DNA from: an uncultured bacterium
GTDB lineage: Bacteria; Chlamydiota; Chlamydiia; Chlamydiales; SM23-39
Direction: 5' to 3'
Length of the DNA: 64,000 nucleotides
Assembly: GCA_964424735.1 (NCBI GenBank)
Contig: CAYRJU010000001.1
Coordinates: forward strand, 3,653 to 67,652
Part shown: in pieces, positions 43,891-53,959 of the stretch
Layout of the letters: each line of letters starts with the position of its first letter
Position numbering within the stretch: position 1 is the stretch's first letter
The notes under the pieces: generated by a model
The model's input: only the letters and a program-made list of their open reading frames with translations
Database searches by the model: none
Told to the model about the DNA's origin: nothing
Position numbers and translations under genes: made by a program

Positions 43891-44036
43891 CCTCGACTGG
43901 GAACAGCCATCATAGCAGTTCATCTTTTAACGAACACTCGTCGCCCATATTGATGCAATATGAGCCTCCTCGCGTTCGTCAAAATCTAAACCACTCTGAG
44001 ACTGTTCGCAGTCAAGCTTTTTTCTGATAAATGGTA

Positions 44037-44348
44037 TTATGTTCTTGAATGAGAGGCCTGTCTTTTTTTTTGCCGGATCAGGGGGCGGATTTTCGGTTTT
44101 TCCTTCCGTAGGGTCCAAAGATCTATAGCCATTTGTGCATTGAGCCAAAAGTCGGGTGTGGTATCGAAAGCTGCCGCAAGTTTCATCGCCATTTCTGGGG
44201 TAACAGCTGCCCTTTCATTCGCAATTCTGTTGATGACTTTGTAGTCGCAATTGAGATAATCGGCCAAATCTTTTTGTGTAAGCTCAAGAGGCTTTAGATA
44301 TTCTTCAATGAGAATCTCTCCTGGGGAAGTTGGTTTTCTATTCATCAT
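44037..44348 (-). CDS. higA: HigA-family antitoxin (XRE HTH)
   Basis: PGEILIEEYLKPLELTQKDLADYL...INRIANERAAVTPEMAMKLAAAFDTTPDFWLNAQ. Confidence 0.85.
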   Translation of the reverse strand: MMNRKPTSPGEILIEEYLKPLELTQKDLADYLNCDYKVINRIANERAAVTPEMAMKLAAAFDTTPDFWLNAQMAIDLWTLRKEKPKIRPLIRQKKRQASHSRT

Positions 44349-44364
44349 AATTACCTCACATCGG

Positions 44365-44652
44365 TCAATGATAATCTCTTATACTTACATCGTAGGGCTG
44401 TGTATCCCACTTAAATACGACCCTCCATTGGTCGTTGATTCGAATACTGTAGTATCCAATCAGATCTTTGGAGAGCGCCTCGAGCTTGTTTTGCGGAGGA
44501 CTTCGAAGGTCTCGCAGTTCTTTGGCGTAGTGCAACATATCCAACTTCCTTTTAACGGTGTTGCTAATGCTAGCCCATCCTTTTCTATGTGGGACTTTTC
44601 TTTTTATAAAAAATCTTTCAGTCTCTTCGTCTTTAAATGAACGAATAGGCAT
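44365..44652 (-). CDS. higB: HigB-family toxin (RelE/ParE superfamily, plasmid maintenance killer type)
   Basis: IRSFKDEETERFF...YYSIRINDQWRVVFKW. The toxin gene lies upstream of the antitoxin, as in higBA. Confidence 0.85.
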   Translation of the reverse strand: MPIRSFKDEETERFFIKRKVPHRKGWASISNTVKRKLDMLHYAKELRDLRSPPQNKLEALSKDLIGYYSIRINDQWRVVFKWDTQPYDVSIRDYH

Positions 44653-44673
44653 TAAGTATCTGTCATTTTTTCA

Positions 44674-44702
44674 CTATATATACCTTGCGAAGGTATATAT
44701 AG
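44674..44702. promoter_or_regulatory. Perfect 13-bp inverted repeat (ctatatatacctt-gcg-aaggtatatatag), probable higBA operator
   Basis: Read directly from the sequence. It lies 22 nt upstream of the higB start codon. Confidence 0.55.
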
Positions 44703-44808
44703 TCAAGGGTCTCTTTGTGCGTGGAGAAGCCAGGCTCAGGTTTGACAACTAAAGAAAAATGGTTACAATACCCTGTTTTTTTGAAATGTGTTTTAAAAAG
44801 AGGATGTT

Positions 44809-45231
44809 ATGATTAGTGCGATAGGTTTTGATGGCGATGAATTTGACAGAGATCACAACGACTCACATCACGAGATTTCGCTTGCCAAAAGGTTCTCTAC
44901 CAATATTTTTTCTCCGCCAGTCTATTTTGGCCATGCTGAGAGATCTTGGGTATCTTTCCAAGGTTTAGCAGGGGTTGAGCATAGACTTGGGAAAATTGCC
45001 CAAGACACAGGCATCAAACCATTGGAAGTCAATGCCAGTGGAGAGATAAAAGCCGATATCTCATGGGGCGATAAGGATGGTGTGAAAGTGAGCGTAGGAG
45101 CTGCAGGTCAAGTAAGCGATGATAAGGGGAACTACATCAAGGGAGAGATTAAACAAGACAATAATGGGCAAGGGAGTGCATCTGTTTCTGCTGGCCATGA
45201 AAATGATGCTAAGAGTGGAAAAAATAAATGA
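44809..45231 (+). CDS. Hypothetical protein (Gly/Asp/Lys-rich C-terminal half)
   Basis: 140-aa ORF whose stop overlaps the next start (ATGA). Confidence 0.5.
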   Translation: MISAIGFDGDEFDRDHNDSHHEISLAKRFSTNIFSPPVYFGHAERSWVSFQGLAGVEHRLGKIAQDTGIKPLEVNASGEIKADISWGDKDGVKVSVGAAGQVSDDKGNYIKGEIKQDNNGQGSASVSAGHENDAKSGKNK

Positions 45232-46178
45232 ATCGTAAAAAGGCAGTTCTCACGCTTCTCATTGTGGGAGCTTGTGCATTCTTTTATTCGCTTATTTTTA
45301 GAGCGCCTCAGAAGAAGGTGCCTACTGAGACAGTTCGTCATATCAAAGAAGATTATGGTCCTTATTTTTTTTCTATTCCCATCACAAAATTTACTCGAGC
45401 CAACCAGCCTTGCTTATCTATTCAAATGAATGGGAGTGAAGTCCTTGTAATGCTCGACTTAGGTTTTAGGGGAGAATTTGGGTTTTCAGAAGATTTTCTC
45501 AGTTCTATTCCACAAAAGAAATACCTTCGGACCGAAAAAATGTATGGAGTGCGTGGGAACGAATATAATGAAAAACTCTACGAGATTCCTAATATTGAAG
45601 TTGGTCCTATTCACTTTTCTAGTCCCAAGCTCCAGGAATGGGCTGAAAAATCTCGCCAAGATGCGACCCTGCGAAAAAAAGATAATGATTTATCTATGGC
45701 AGAGCCTGGTAAAATAGGGTGGGAATTATTTGGGAATACGAATTTATTTCTGGATATAAAAAACTCCAAGATCGCATTTTGCGACAGCCTTGAAACTTTA
45801 AAAAAACAGGGGTATCAAACCGAAGCTTTTGTTAAAACTCCTCTTCTTCTTGAAAGAGGACTAGTTGAAATTGAGACAAGGACATCGGCAGGGACTTTAC
45901 GCTGTATGTTAGATACGGGAGCGACCTGGAACCTTTTAAATACCGATCTCCCAGAGGGAATATCGCTAGACCAGGCAATCCAAGACCCCAATCACCTCAC
46001 AAAATATCCGCTTTTTCGAATCGGAGAGAACGATTTTGGACCCATAGCATTTCATTGTGTTCCAATTCAGATTCCCATTCGGGTTGAAGCGATCCTGGGC
46101 ATGGAATTCTTTCAAGAACATGCGGTATTTCTCGATTTTGCTGAAAATCTAGCCTACATTGATCAAGCAGCACAGTGA
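45228..46178 (+). CDS. Retropepsin-like (clan AA) aspartic protease-domain protein, apparently two-lobed
   Basis: N-terminal TM anchor. RCMLDTGATWNLLN (DTGA) in the second half. A degenerate counterpart VLVMLDLGFRGEF in the first half. Confidence 0.6.
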   Translation: MNRKKAVLTLLIVGACAFFYSLIFRAPQKKVPTETVRHIKEDYGPYFFSIPITKFTRANQPCLSIQMNGSEVLVMLDLGFRGEFGFSEDFLSSIPQKKYLRTEKMYGVRGNEYNEKLYEIPNIEVGPIHFSSPKLQEWAEKSRQDATLRKKDNDLSMAEPGKIGWELFGNTNLFLDIKNSKIAFCDSLETLKKQGYQTEAFVKTPLLLERGLVEIETRTSAGTLRCMLDTGATWNLLNTDLPEGISLDQAIQDPNHLTKYPLFRIGENDFGPIAFHCVPIQIPIRVEAILGMEFFQEHAVFLDFAENLAYIDQAAQ

Positions 46179-46521
46179 ATTGTTTCTTCCGCATTTTTAC
46201 GTATTGGCTCTGATTTTCTGGGAAAGAATTTGCTCAACGAATCTTTTTCTCTATTAAGATGCTGAATTTAAACGGCTTACAATTTTAGTATTCCCCTGTG
46301 CGCTGAAGCTGGCAGATTTTGGGTGCAAGAGAGCTATGCTAGAAGACAACGGGCTTCTGAATCGGTTAAATGTCTTCCATGGAAAAGGGACAAATCCCTT
46401 TGTCGCGGAGGATCTAGGATATGAGGATCATGTCCCTTTAAGTCTACTGTCGTAGACAGGAAACTTTCATCGGGGGTAAAATGAGGAGAAGTTCTAATGG
46501 AACGGTCCAGGATTTCCCCTC

Positions 46522-49500
46522 ATGGAAAGAAAAGCGCCGGAATATGTCTCAGAGTATCTCAAGATCGCCGAGGACTTCCGTGCGTCAAAATCCCTTTCGG
46601 AGCCCATTTTTTCTAGGGGCACGTACCAATTTGAAGTGAGCGAAAAAGGAAAGAAAAAGGCATTTCCCTTCATCCAAATGAACGATGAGGGAGAGGTGAA
46701 CGATTCGTTTTGCTCTTGCAAAATCTCAGAATCGGGTAGGGGATGTCCCCATTTAGCGGCAGCCTATTTACAGATCTTTGATGGCAAAGAAGAGCCGCTC
46801 CATGTACGTTTTCGCAAATCGCTCTGGAGCCGCCTCTTTCAAATGGCGAGTAAGCGCCATGGATATGAGACAGATTGTCTCAAGAAAGAGGGAGAGGTCT
46901 ATTTTTGCGAGTCCAAGACGAAAAAGCCGCTTCTTTCCATTGAAGCCACGAATGCAAAGACAAAGAAGAGACTCGAATCCATTGTTTCCGAAAGACCCGT
47001 AGAAACGGAGGAAACCTCGATCAAATTTTCAAATTTGCCGGTAGAAGAGCTCACTGCTTTTAGGACGGGCAGTGCGAGTCATACTTTGCGATTCGAGCTC
47101 TCTTTTTGGTCCGATCTGGCCAAATGGCTCATGGCGCTTGAGGAAGAATCGTATCAGATTTCTTTTGCAGGAAAACCGCTTCCTCACGAGATGAACTTGC
47201 ATTTTCCAGGCCTAAAAATCTGGTTTTACATCTCTGAAGTAAACTGGCCTTGGATCATTCCAGCCTTTGCCGCGGTGAAAGCGCCGCTCAAAGTGTTTGA
47301 CTCGGAGGATGAATCGATTGAAAAGATCGAATATGATCCCAAGACGTTGAGTCTCAAAATCACTCATAAGGGAAAGCCCCAAAAGCCCAGTGATCTGCAT
47401 GGAGTCCCCATCGGAGAATGGATCTACGTAGAGGACAAAGGATTTTATCGGCGACGATACGATCCGATTTTTGCAGAGGATGTGATTCCGCGAGATCGAA
47501 TGGCCTATGTCTTGTCCCATTCGACAAAATTTTTAGAAGGATATTTGCCGATTCATGTGGAGAAACGGCCTTGTCAATATTTGCTCCGCTTTGACCCCGA
47601 AGGAAATTTGCACATCGAACTCTACGTGCTCGAACCAGGGGATATGAAATCGGCAGGCTCGAGCTGCTTTGTTCCTTGGGCCTATGTTCCTGGCCAAGGG
47701 TTTTTCCTTCTCGAGGAGTGGCTCTTTGAGGGGAAAGAAAAAATTGTTCCCCATAAAGAAGTGGCAGAATTCGTCAATCGCCATCGGCTCTGGCTCCACA
47801 ATTTTCCCGGCTTTCAGACCCATTTGGGGAGTTTGGAATCGCACTTGACCTATCATTTGGATGCAGAAGGGCTCAAATTTGATGCGGAGCTCAATTTTTC
47901 AGAAAATTACGAGGAGACGCATCATTTCGATGAGTGGGTCTACATCAAGGGCCAAGGATTTTACATGAAAAAAGAGGCAAGGGGGCGGCTTCCCCTTCAC
48001 CCAGGACTCAAAATTCCACCCAATGAAATCTCTTCTTTTATCCAGACTCATAGAGACGATCTGGAGCAGGTACAAGGTTTTTATAATCCAACTCTTCCTA
48101 TTCAGAAAAATGGGCTCTATCTCACGATCGAAGCCCAAGGACTCATCGCAATTCTGCCCAAAATGGACTATACACCAGGGGTCGATCCTTCCACTTTGAT
48201 CCGTTTTGGAGATTATATCTACGAGCAGGGGAAGGGTTTTGCCGAAATCCCCCCGAATGCCCGCTTGCCTGAGCGCTACCAGCATCCGATTGTGATCCAA
48301 GAGCCACAAGAAGCGGCCTTTTTGGCCTATGAACTCGAGCCTCTCAAACCCTACATTCTCGAGATCGATCCCAAACTCGTGACCCCGCATGATTTGAAAT
48401 TGAAAGTGCGTAAAGTATTGCCGAGTAAAAAGCGAAAAGGGCAGGAATGGCTCGTCGATCTCGCCTACACTTCCGAAAGGGGAACGATCGATATCTTTTC
48501 CATTTGGGATGCCTTTCAGGGAAAAAAGCGGCACCTCTTTTCAAATGCAGGACTTCTCCATTTGAAAGAGCCTCGGTTCAACTGGATCCGGCAGCTTCCC
48601 GCGAAAAAACTCGATCGGAAAAAGGGGCTCATCCGCCTCAACACGCTCGAGTGGATCCGGCTCACGGTCTTTGAGCCGATCGAAGAGAGTGGAGATGAAG
48701 AGACAAAGCAAGTTCTCTTGGAATTGAATCGATTGGAGACAAACCGGCTTCTCGATATTTCGAGGTTGAAAGCAACCCTTCGGCCCTATCAAGAACAAGG
48801 ACTTCATTGGCTCTGGTTTCTCTACTGCCATGGCCTATCGGGGCTTCTCTGCGATGACATGGGACTTGGAAAAACGCACCAGACAATGGCCCTTTTGGCC
48901 GCTGTCATTCATGAAGATGAGACAAAGTCCAACAAATATCTCGTTATTTGCCCGACCTCTGTGATCTATCACTGGCAAGAGCTTCTCAAGCGCTTTTTAC
49001 CCGAAATCCGGGTCTGTACCTACTATGGTTTGGAGAGATCGCTGGAGAATTTTGAAGAAAACTATGATCTGCTCCTCACTTCCTATGGGATCATGCGCAC
49101 CGGAAGAGAAAACCTCAAATCCTATCTCTTTGAGGTGGCCATTTTCGATGAAATCCAGATCGCCAAAAACTATGCCTCCCAAACCCACAAAGCGCTCCGT
49201 TCCATTCGTGCGCAAATGAGGCTCGGCCTTTCGGGAACGCCGATCGAAAATCGGGTTCGGGAGCTCAAGTCGCTCATCGATATCGTCCTTCCCGGCTACA
49301 TGCCGATCGATCCCGTTTTCCGGGAAGTGTTCATCAATCCGATCGAGAAAAACCAAGACGCGGAGAAAAAGGCGCTTCTTTCAAAGCTCGTCAAACCCTT
49401 TATTCTCCGAAGAAAAAAGAGCGAAGTGCTCACTGACTTGCCAGAGAAAATCGAAGAGATTGCCTACTGCGATCTGTCCGAGGAGCAAAAAGAGCTCTAT

Positions 49501-50190
49501 CGAAATATCGCGATCCAAATGCGAGACACCGTCTATCAAGAGCTCAAAAATGAGACAAAGCCTGTTTCTTTCATTCATGTCTTTTCGGCTCTGACCACGC
49601 TCAAGCGGATCTGCGATCATCCTTCCCTTATTCTCGAAGAGCCAAAACCCTATCACGCACACAAATCGGGCAAGTGGGATCTATTTGTAGAACTTCTCGA
49701 AGAGGCGCTTGGAAGCGGACAGAAAGTGGTGGTCTTTTCACAGTATCTCGAGATGCTTTCCATCATCGAGTCTCATCTCAAGAAAAAGGGGGTCGGCTTT
49801 GCCTCCATCAAAGGATCTACGCGGGATCGGCCCGAGCAGCTGAGACGTTTTCGAGAGGATCCGGCCTGTGAAGTCTTTGTGGCCTCGCTTCTCGCAGCAG
49901 GCGTTGGAATCGATCTCACAGTGGCCTCGATCGTCATCCACTACGATCGCTGGTGGAATCCAGCGAAGGAGAACCAAGCGACAGACCGGGTGCACCGGAT
50001 CGGCCAAAACCGAGGGGTGCAAGTCTTCAAACTCGTCACCAAACACACCATCGAAGAGCACATCCATGCCATGATCGAGCGGAAAAAAGGGCTCATCGAG
50101 GATATCGTGGGTGGCGAAGACCAAATCCACTACTTATCCCGTGACGAGCTCTTACAAGTCTTCGAACGGATGTTCCACGATTTATCCTAA
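46522..50190 (+). CDS. SNF2-family helicase/translocase with N-terminal SWIM zinc finger
   Basis: SWIM CSCKISESGRGCPH. SNF2 motifs LCDDMGLGKTHQ, DEIQIAKN and LSGTPIENR. Helicase C domain with QATDRVHRIGQ. Confidence 0.9.
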   Translation: MERKAPEYVSEYLKIAEDFRASKSLSEPIFSRGTYQFEVSEKGKKKAFPFIQMNDEGEVNDSFCSCKISESGRGCPHLAAAYLQIFDGKEEPLHVRFRKSLWSRLFQMASKRHGYETDCLKKEGEVYFCESKTKKPLLSIEATNAKTKKRLESIVSERPVETEETSIKFSNLPVEELTAFRTGSASHTLRFELSFWSDLAKWLMALEEESYQISFAGKPLPHEMNLHFPGLKIWFYISEVNWPWIIPAFAAVKAPLKVFDSEDESIEKIEYDPKTLSLKITHKGKPQKPSDLHGVPIGEWIYVEDKGFYRRRYDPIFAEDVIPRDRMAYVLSHSTKFLEGYLPIHVEKRPCQYLLRFDPEGNLHIELYVLEPGDMKSAGSSCFVPWAYVPGQGFFLLEEWLFEGKEKIVPHKEVAEFVNRHRLWLHNFPGFQTHLGSLESHLTYHLDAEGLKFDAELNFSENYEETHHFDEWVYIKGQGFYMKKEARGRLPLHPGLKIPPNEISSFIQTHRDDLEQVQGFYNPTLPIQKNGLYLTIEAQGLIAILPKMDYTPGVDPSTLIRFGDYIYEQGKGFAEIPPNARLPERYQHPIVIQEPQEAAFLAYELEPLKPYILEIDPKLVTPHDLKLKVRKVLPSKKRKGQEWLVDLAYTSERGTIDIFSIWDAFQGKKRHLFSNAGLLHLKEPRFNWIRQLPAKKLDRKKGLIRLNTLEWIRLTVFEPIEESGDEETKQVLLELNRLETNRLLDISRLKATLRPYQEQGLHWLWFLYCHGLSGLLCDDMGLGKTHQTMALLAAVIHEDETKSNKYLVICPTSVIYHWQELLKRFLPEIRVCTYYGLERSLENFEENYDLLLTSYGIMRTGRENLKSYLFEVAIFDEIQIAKNYASQTHKALRSIRAQMRLGLSGTPIENRVRELKSLIDIVLPGYMPIDPVFREVFINPIEKNQDAEKKALLSKLVKPFILRRKKSEVLTDLPEKIEEIAYCDLSEEQKELYRNIAIQMRDTVYQELKNETKPVSFIHVFSALTTLKRICDHPSLILEEPKPYHAHKSGKWDLFVELLEEALGSGQKVVVFSQYLEMLSIIESHLKKKGVGFASIKGSTRDRPEQLRRFREDPACEVFVASLLAAGVGIDLTVASIVIHYDRWWNPAKENQATDRVHRIGQNRGVQVFKLVTKHTIEEHIHAMIERKKGLIEDIVGGEDQIHYLSRDELLQVFERMFHDLS

Positions 50191-50288
50191 GAGACCGACC
50201 ACAAACCTATCTAGCCCTTTTGGTTGTGATTTTTATCTTTCATTAAAGTCTGTAGTTTTATACCATAACCAGTATAAGGACTATAATT

Positions 50289-50615
50289 ATGGACGCTAAA
50301 CAGACCCCTATCCCGGTGAAGAGAGGACTAAAGAAGCTGGGACAAGATCTTCAAGATGCGAGGAAACGGCGGCGTATCCCCATGAGGCTGGCTGCTGAAA
50401 GAGCTGCTATCAGCAGGGCTACTTTAACCAAAATTGAAAAAGGAGATCCTGGAGTGTCTTTAGGGGCCTACGCTAAAGTTTTATTTATTTTGGGGATGGT
50501 GCAAAGACTTGCTGAGATTGCTGATTCCAAATTCGATGAGATTGGATTAAATTTAGAAGCAGAAAGCTTACCCGAGAGGATTCGAATCCCTCGAAAAGAA
50601 AGAGACAACTTCTAA
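50289..50615 (+). CDS. XRE-family HTH antitoxin (HipB-like)
   Basis: RRRIPMRLAAERAAISRATLTKIEKGDPGVSLGAY. Its stop overlaps the hipA ATG by 1 nt. Confidence 0.75.
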   Translation: MDAKQTPIPVKRGLKKLGQDLQDARKRRRIPMRLAAERAAISRATLTKIEKGDPGVSLGAYAKVLFILGMVQRLAEIADSKFDEIGLNLEAESLPERIRIPRKERDNF

Positions 50616-51868
50616 TGCAGCAAGCCATTTTTGTATATGTTGATCTTGAGGGAACTGTCATCAAAGTAGGTAGACTTTGGGATCATTATCGAAGTGGAAA
50701 GGAGAGCGTCTCTTTTGAATACGATCAAAATTGGCTCGAACATCCAAAACACTTTTCATTAGATCCCGCTTTAAAATTGGTGGCAGGATCCTTTCATGCT
50801 TCTTCAGATAAGCCTCTTTTTGGGGCAATTGATGATTCCGCTCCTGATCGTTGGGGTAGGCTTCTCATGCGTCGTTCTGAGAGGAAAAATGCCGAAAAAG
50901 AGAAACGGACAGCCCGTAGTCTAAAAGAAATCGATTTCTTATTGATGGTAGACGATGAGGTAAGACAGGGAGCGCTTCGCTTTAAGAAAGAAGAGCAAGG
51001 ATCTTTTTTAACTACTTATGATCATCATCATATTCCTCCTTTAATCGAAGTAGGGAAATTGCTCAGTGCAGCCACTCGCGTCTTGCAGGAATCGGATACG
51101 GAAGAAGATTTAAAGTTGCTCTTAGCCCCTGGTTCTTCATTGGGTGGAGCGAGACCAAAGGCCTCTGTGAGAGATAAAGATGGTCATTTGGCCATTGCCA
51201 AGTTTCCCAATGTCTACGATGAAATAGATGTCAGTGGATGGGAAGCAGTTGCTCTCACAATCGCAGAGAAGGCAGGAGTAGCTGTGCCTGAATGGCGTTT
51301 GGAATCGGTGGGGAAAAAACGGATCCTTTTATCTCGAAGATTTGATCGAAGAAAGAATGTTCGTATACCTTTTCTTTCTGCCATGAGCGCTTTAGTTGCA
51401 AAAGACAATGAATTACATAGCTATCTTGAGATTGCTGATGTGATTCGCCAAATCAGTGCATCCCCAAAAGAAGATCTCGCTGCACTTTGGCGCCGTATTG
51501 TGTTGAATATTTTGATTTCGAATGTAGATGATCATTTGCGCAATCACGCTTTTCTTTATTCAGGTCTATCAGGATGGCGCCTCACTCCTGTCTATGATTT
51601 GAATCCTACACCCAGCGATATTAAGCCGAGAATTTTATCCACAGCCATCGATCTGGTAGATTCAACCGCCTCTCTTGATTTAGCGCTTGAAGTGGCATCG
51701 TATTTTGATCTTGAAAGACATCAAATGAAGTCCATTGTCAAAGAGGTTTGTACAGCAGTGACTTCTTGGCGCAAAGAAGCTGCTCGATTTAAAATCAAAA
51801 AAGAAGAGATGGATCGTATGGCTTCTGCGTTTGAACACGAAGATTTTCGAAAAGCCTGTATTCAATGA
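50615..51868 (+). CDS. hipA: HipA-family serine/threonine kinase toxin
   Basis: HipA N-terminal couple domain (IFVYVDLEG...VGRL), GSSLGGARPK, and the catalytic loop NVDDHLRNHAF. Confidence 0.85.
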   Translation: MQQAIFVYVDLEGTVIKVGRLWDHYRSGKESVSFEYDQNWLEHPKHFSLDPALKLVAGSFHASSDKPLFGAIDDSAPDRWGRLLMRRSERKNAEKEKRTARSLKEIDFLLMVDDEVRQGALRFKKEEQGSFLTTYDHHHIPPLIEVGKLLSAATRVLQESDTEEDLKLLLAPGSSLGGARPKASVRDKDGHLAIAKFPNVYDEIDVSGWEAVALTIAEKAGVAVPEWRLESVGKKRILLSRRFDRRKNVRIPFLSAMSALVAKDNELHSYLEIADVIRQISASPKEDLAALWRRIVLNILISNVDDHLRNHAFLYSGLSGWRLTPVYDLNPTPSDIKPRILSTAIDLVDSTASLDLALEVASYFDLERHQMKSIVKEVCTAVTSWRKEAARFKIKKEEMDRMASAFEHEDFRKACIQ

Positions 51869-51874
51869 GGTTAT

Positions 51875-52537
51875 ATGGCCCCAGTGATCATCAGTTATTT
51901 TACTCGAGGGACTCTCTACGAAAAGGATGCTGCAGACCTTCGTCAGAGCTGCGAACAGTTTGGGCTCGAATACGCCATTGAAGGGATCGATTGTTTTGGC
52001 TCGTGGGATCACCACTGCTGTTTTAAACCGGCCTTCATCTTGCAAAAGCTCGAAGAGTTCAAAAGACCTGTAGTGTGGGTGGATGCAGATGCTCTCATTG
52101 TAAAACCGCCCGCTTTCTTTCAAACGCTGGAGTGTGATCTCGCTGTCCGGATCGATGAGGAACGAGAAAAGTCTGACCCGGCCTGGCTCCGTACGGGCAC
52201 TGTCTTCATCAACTATACGAAAGAGGGGCTTAAACTTACTGCCGACTGGGCAGCTCTTTGCCAAAATGCTTTGAAGACAAAGCCCGAAGGTCACGAGGTC
52301 TGGGACCAGATCTGTCTCAAAGCTCTCATCCAGCAAGGAACGAAGGCCGATATCCAATCCTTACCGGGAAGCTACTGCGCGATTTTTGATGCCCGAGAAG
52401 ATCAAGAAAATCCGGTGATCCTCCACTATCAGGCCTCCCGTCTCTATAAAAAATTTATTAATGGGGAAGTAGCCCCTTTCCTCGAACAGTTGTCGATTGA
52501 AGAGTTAAGGGACCTACGCCCCAGAATTCGATATTAG
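51875..52537 (+). CDS. Putative nucleotide-diphospho-sugar transferase
   Basis: KPAFILQKLEEFKRPVVWVDADALIV (DxD-type motif in the typical context). Confidence 0.55.
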   Translation: MAPVIISYFTRGTLYEKDAADLRQSCEQFGLEYAIEGIDCFGSWDHHCCFKPAFILQKLEEFKRPVVWVDADALIVKPPAFFQTLECDLAVRIDEEREKSDPAWLRTGTVFINYTKEGLKLTADWAALCQNALKTKPEGHEVWDQICLKALIQQGTKADIQSLPGSYCAIFDAREDQENPVILHYQASRLYKKFINGEVAPFLEQLSIEELRDLRPRIRY

Positions 52538-52590
52538 AGATTGAATACGTAGAAGAAATCCTCTATAATCCCTCCAGAGAAATAAAAATT

Positions 52591-53925
52591 ATGCTTCCCA
52601 AAATTGCCATTGTGGGCCGCCCGAATGTGGGAAAATCGGCCCTCTTTAACCGGATTTGTCAAAGAAGAATTTCCATTGTCGATGAACAAGAGGGGATTAC
52701 GCGGGATCGTCTCTATGCGGAATGTGAACATTTTGGCAAGCAGTTCATCCTCATCGATACAGGGGGGATTGACCCTTCAGAAAAAGGGGTGTTCAATCGG
52801 GAGATCCGGCGCCAGGCTGAGATCGCGATTGAGGAGGCCGATGCGGTCATTTTGGTCGTCGACGGACAGCTAGGCCCCCATCCCTTGGATGAGGAGGTGG
52901 CCAAAATGCTTCTTCACGCCAAAAAGCCAATCATCGTAGCGGTCAACAAGATCGATCAGCCCAAAGATGAGCTCAAAATCCACGATTTTCATTCTTTGGC
53001 CGTGAGAGATCTGATCGCCGTATCGGCTGTCCAGGGGTTTCAAATTGCCGAAATGCTCGAAAAAGTACTCCAGGAGATCCCCGAATCTGAGCTCGTTCTC
53101 GAATCCCCGGGCGGGATCCGAGTGGCCATTGTGGGAAGGGCCAACGTCGGCAAATCGACCCTCCTCAACGCTCTTCTAGAAGAAGAGAGGGCTGTTGTGA
53201 GTCCGATTGCGGGCACCACGCGCGATAGCGTCGATGTAGCCGTTACCCGAGATGGCCAAGACTATTTGCTCATCGATACTGCCGGGATCCGTAGGAAAAA
53301 AGCAGAAAAAGAGGTTGTCGATAAGTTTGCGAGAGTGAGAACCGATGAGGCAATCAGCCGCTCCGACGTGTGTCTGTTAGTGCTCGATTCCTATGAGGGT
53401 CTCACGACTCAGGAAAAGAGGATTGCAAGCGAGATTGAAGCGGCTCGAAAAAGCTGCATTCTCCTTTTCAACAAGTGGGATCTGATGAAAAATTTGCGCA
53501 TGGAGCACGCTTTAAAATCAGTGCGCGAAGAGACCCCGTTTCTCAACCATTGTCCAGCGCTTTTCATCTCGGCGGACCAAGGGCGCAATCTCGAAAAAAT
53601 CTTCCCTCTCATTGCAGAAGTGCATGCAGCAAGACAAAAGCGCATCACGACGGGGATGCTGAATAAATTCATTGAAGGGTGTCTGCAAAAATACCATCCT
53701 CCTCTCATCATTGGAAAAAGGCTCCGCATCTACTACATGACCCAAGTCGAGGTAAATCCTCCCAAATTTGTGCTTTTCGTCAACAATCCGACTCTTATGA
53801 CCGAAAGCTATAAAAAATATCTCCTCAACAATTTCCGCGAAGTCTATGGCTTTAGCGGCTGTCCTCTCGTCTTGGAATTGAGAGGAAAAGCGCCTCCAGC
53901 CCCAGCAGAACCCAGGCTGCTCTAG
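52591..53925 (+). CDS. der: Ribosome-associated GTPase Der (EngA)
   Basis: Two tandem G domains (GRPNVGKSALFN, DTGG; GRANVGKSTLLN, DTAG, NKWD) plus a KH-like C-terminus. Confidence 0.95.
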   Translation: MLPKIAIVGRPNVGKSALFNRICQRRISIVDEQEGITRDRLYAECEHFGKQFILIDTGGIDPSEKGVFNREIRRQAEIAIEEADAVILVVDGQLGPHPLDEEVAKMLLHAKKPIIVAVNKIDQPKDELKIHDFHSLAVRDLIAVSAVQGFQIAEMLEKVLQEIPESELVLESPGGIRVAIVGRANVGKSTLLNALLEEERAVVSPIAGTTRDSVDVAVTRDGQDYLLIDTAGIRRKKAEKEVVDKFARVRTDEAISRSDVCLLVLDSYEGLTTQEKRIASEIEAARKSCILLFNKWDLMKNLRMEHALKSVREETPFLNHCPALFISADQGRNLEKIFPLIAEVHAARQKRITTGMLNKFIEGCLQKYHPPLIIGKRLRIYYMTQVEVNPPKFVLFVNNPTLMTESYKKYLLNNFREVYGFSGCPLVLELRGKAPPAPAEPRLL

Positions 53926-53959
53926 CATTTTTTTATGTTGAGAGTCTACACTCATATGT

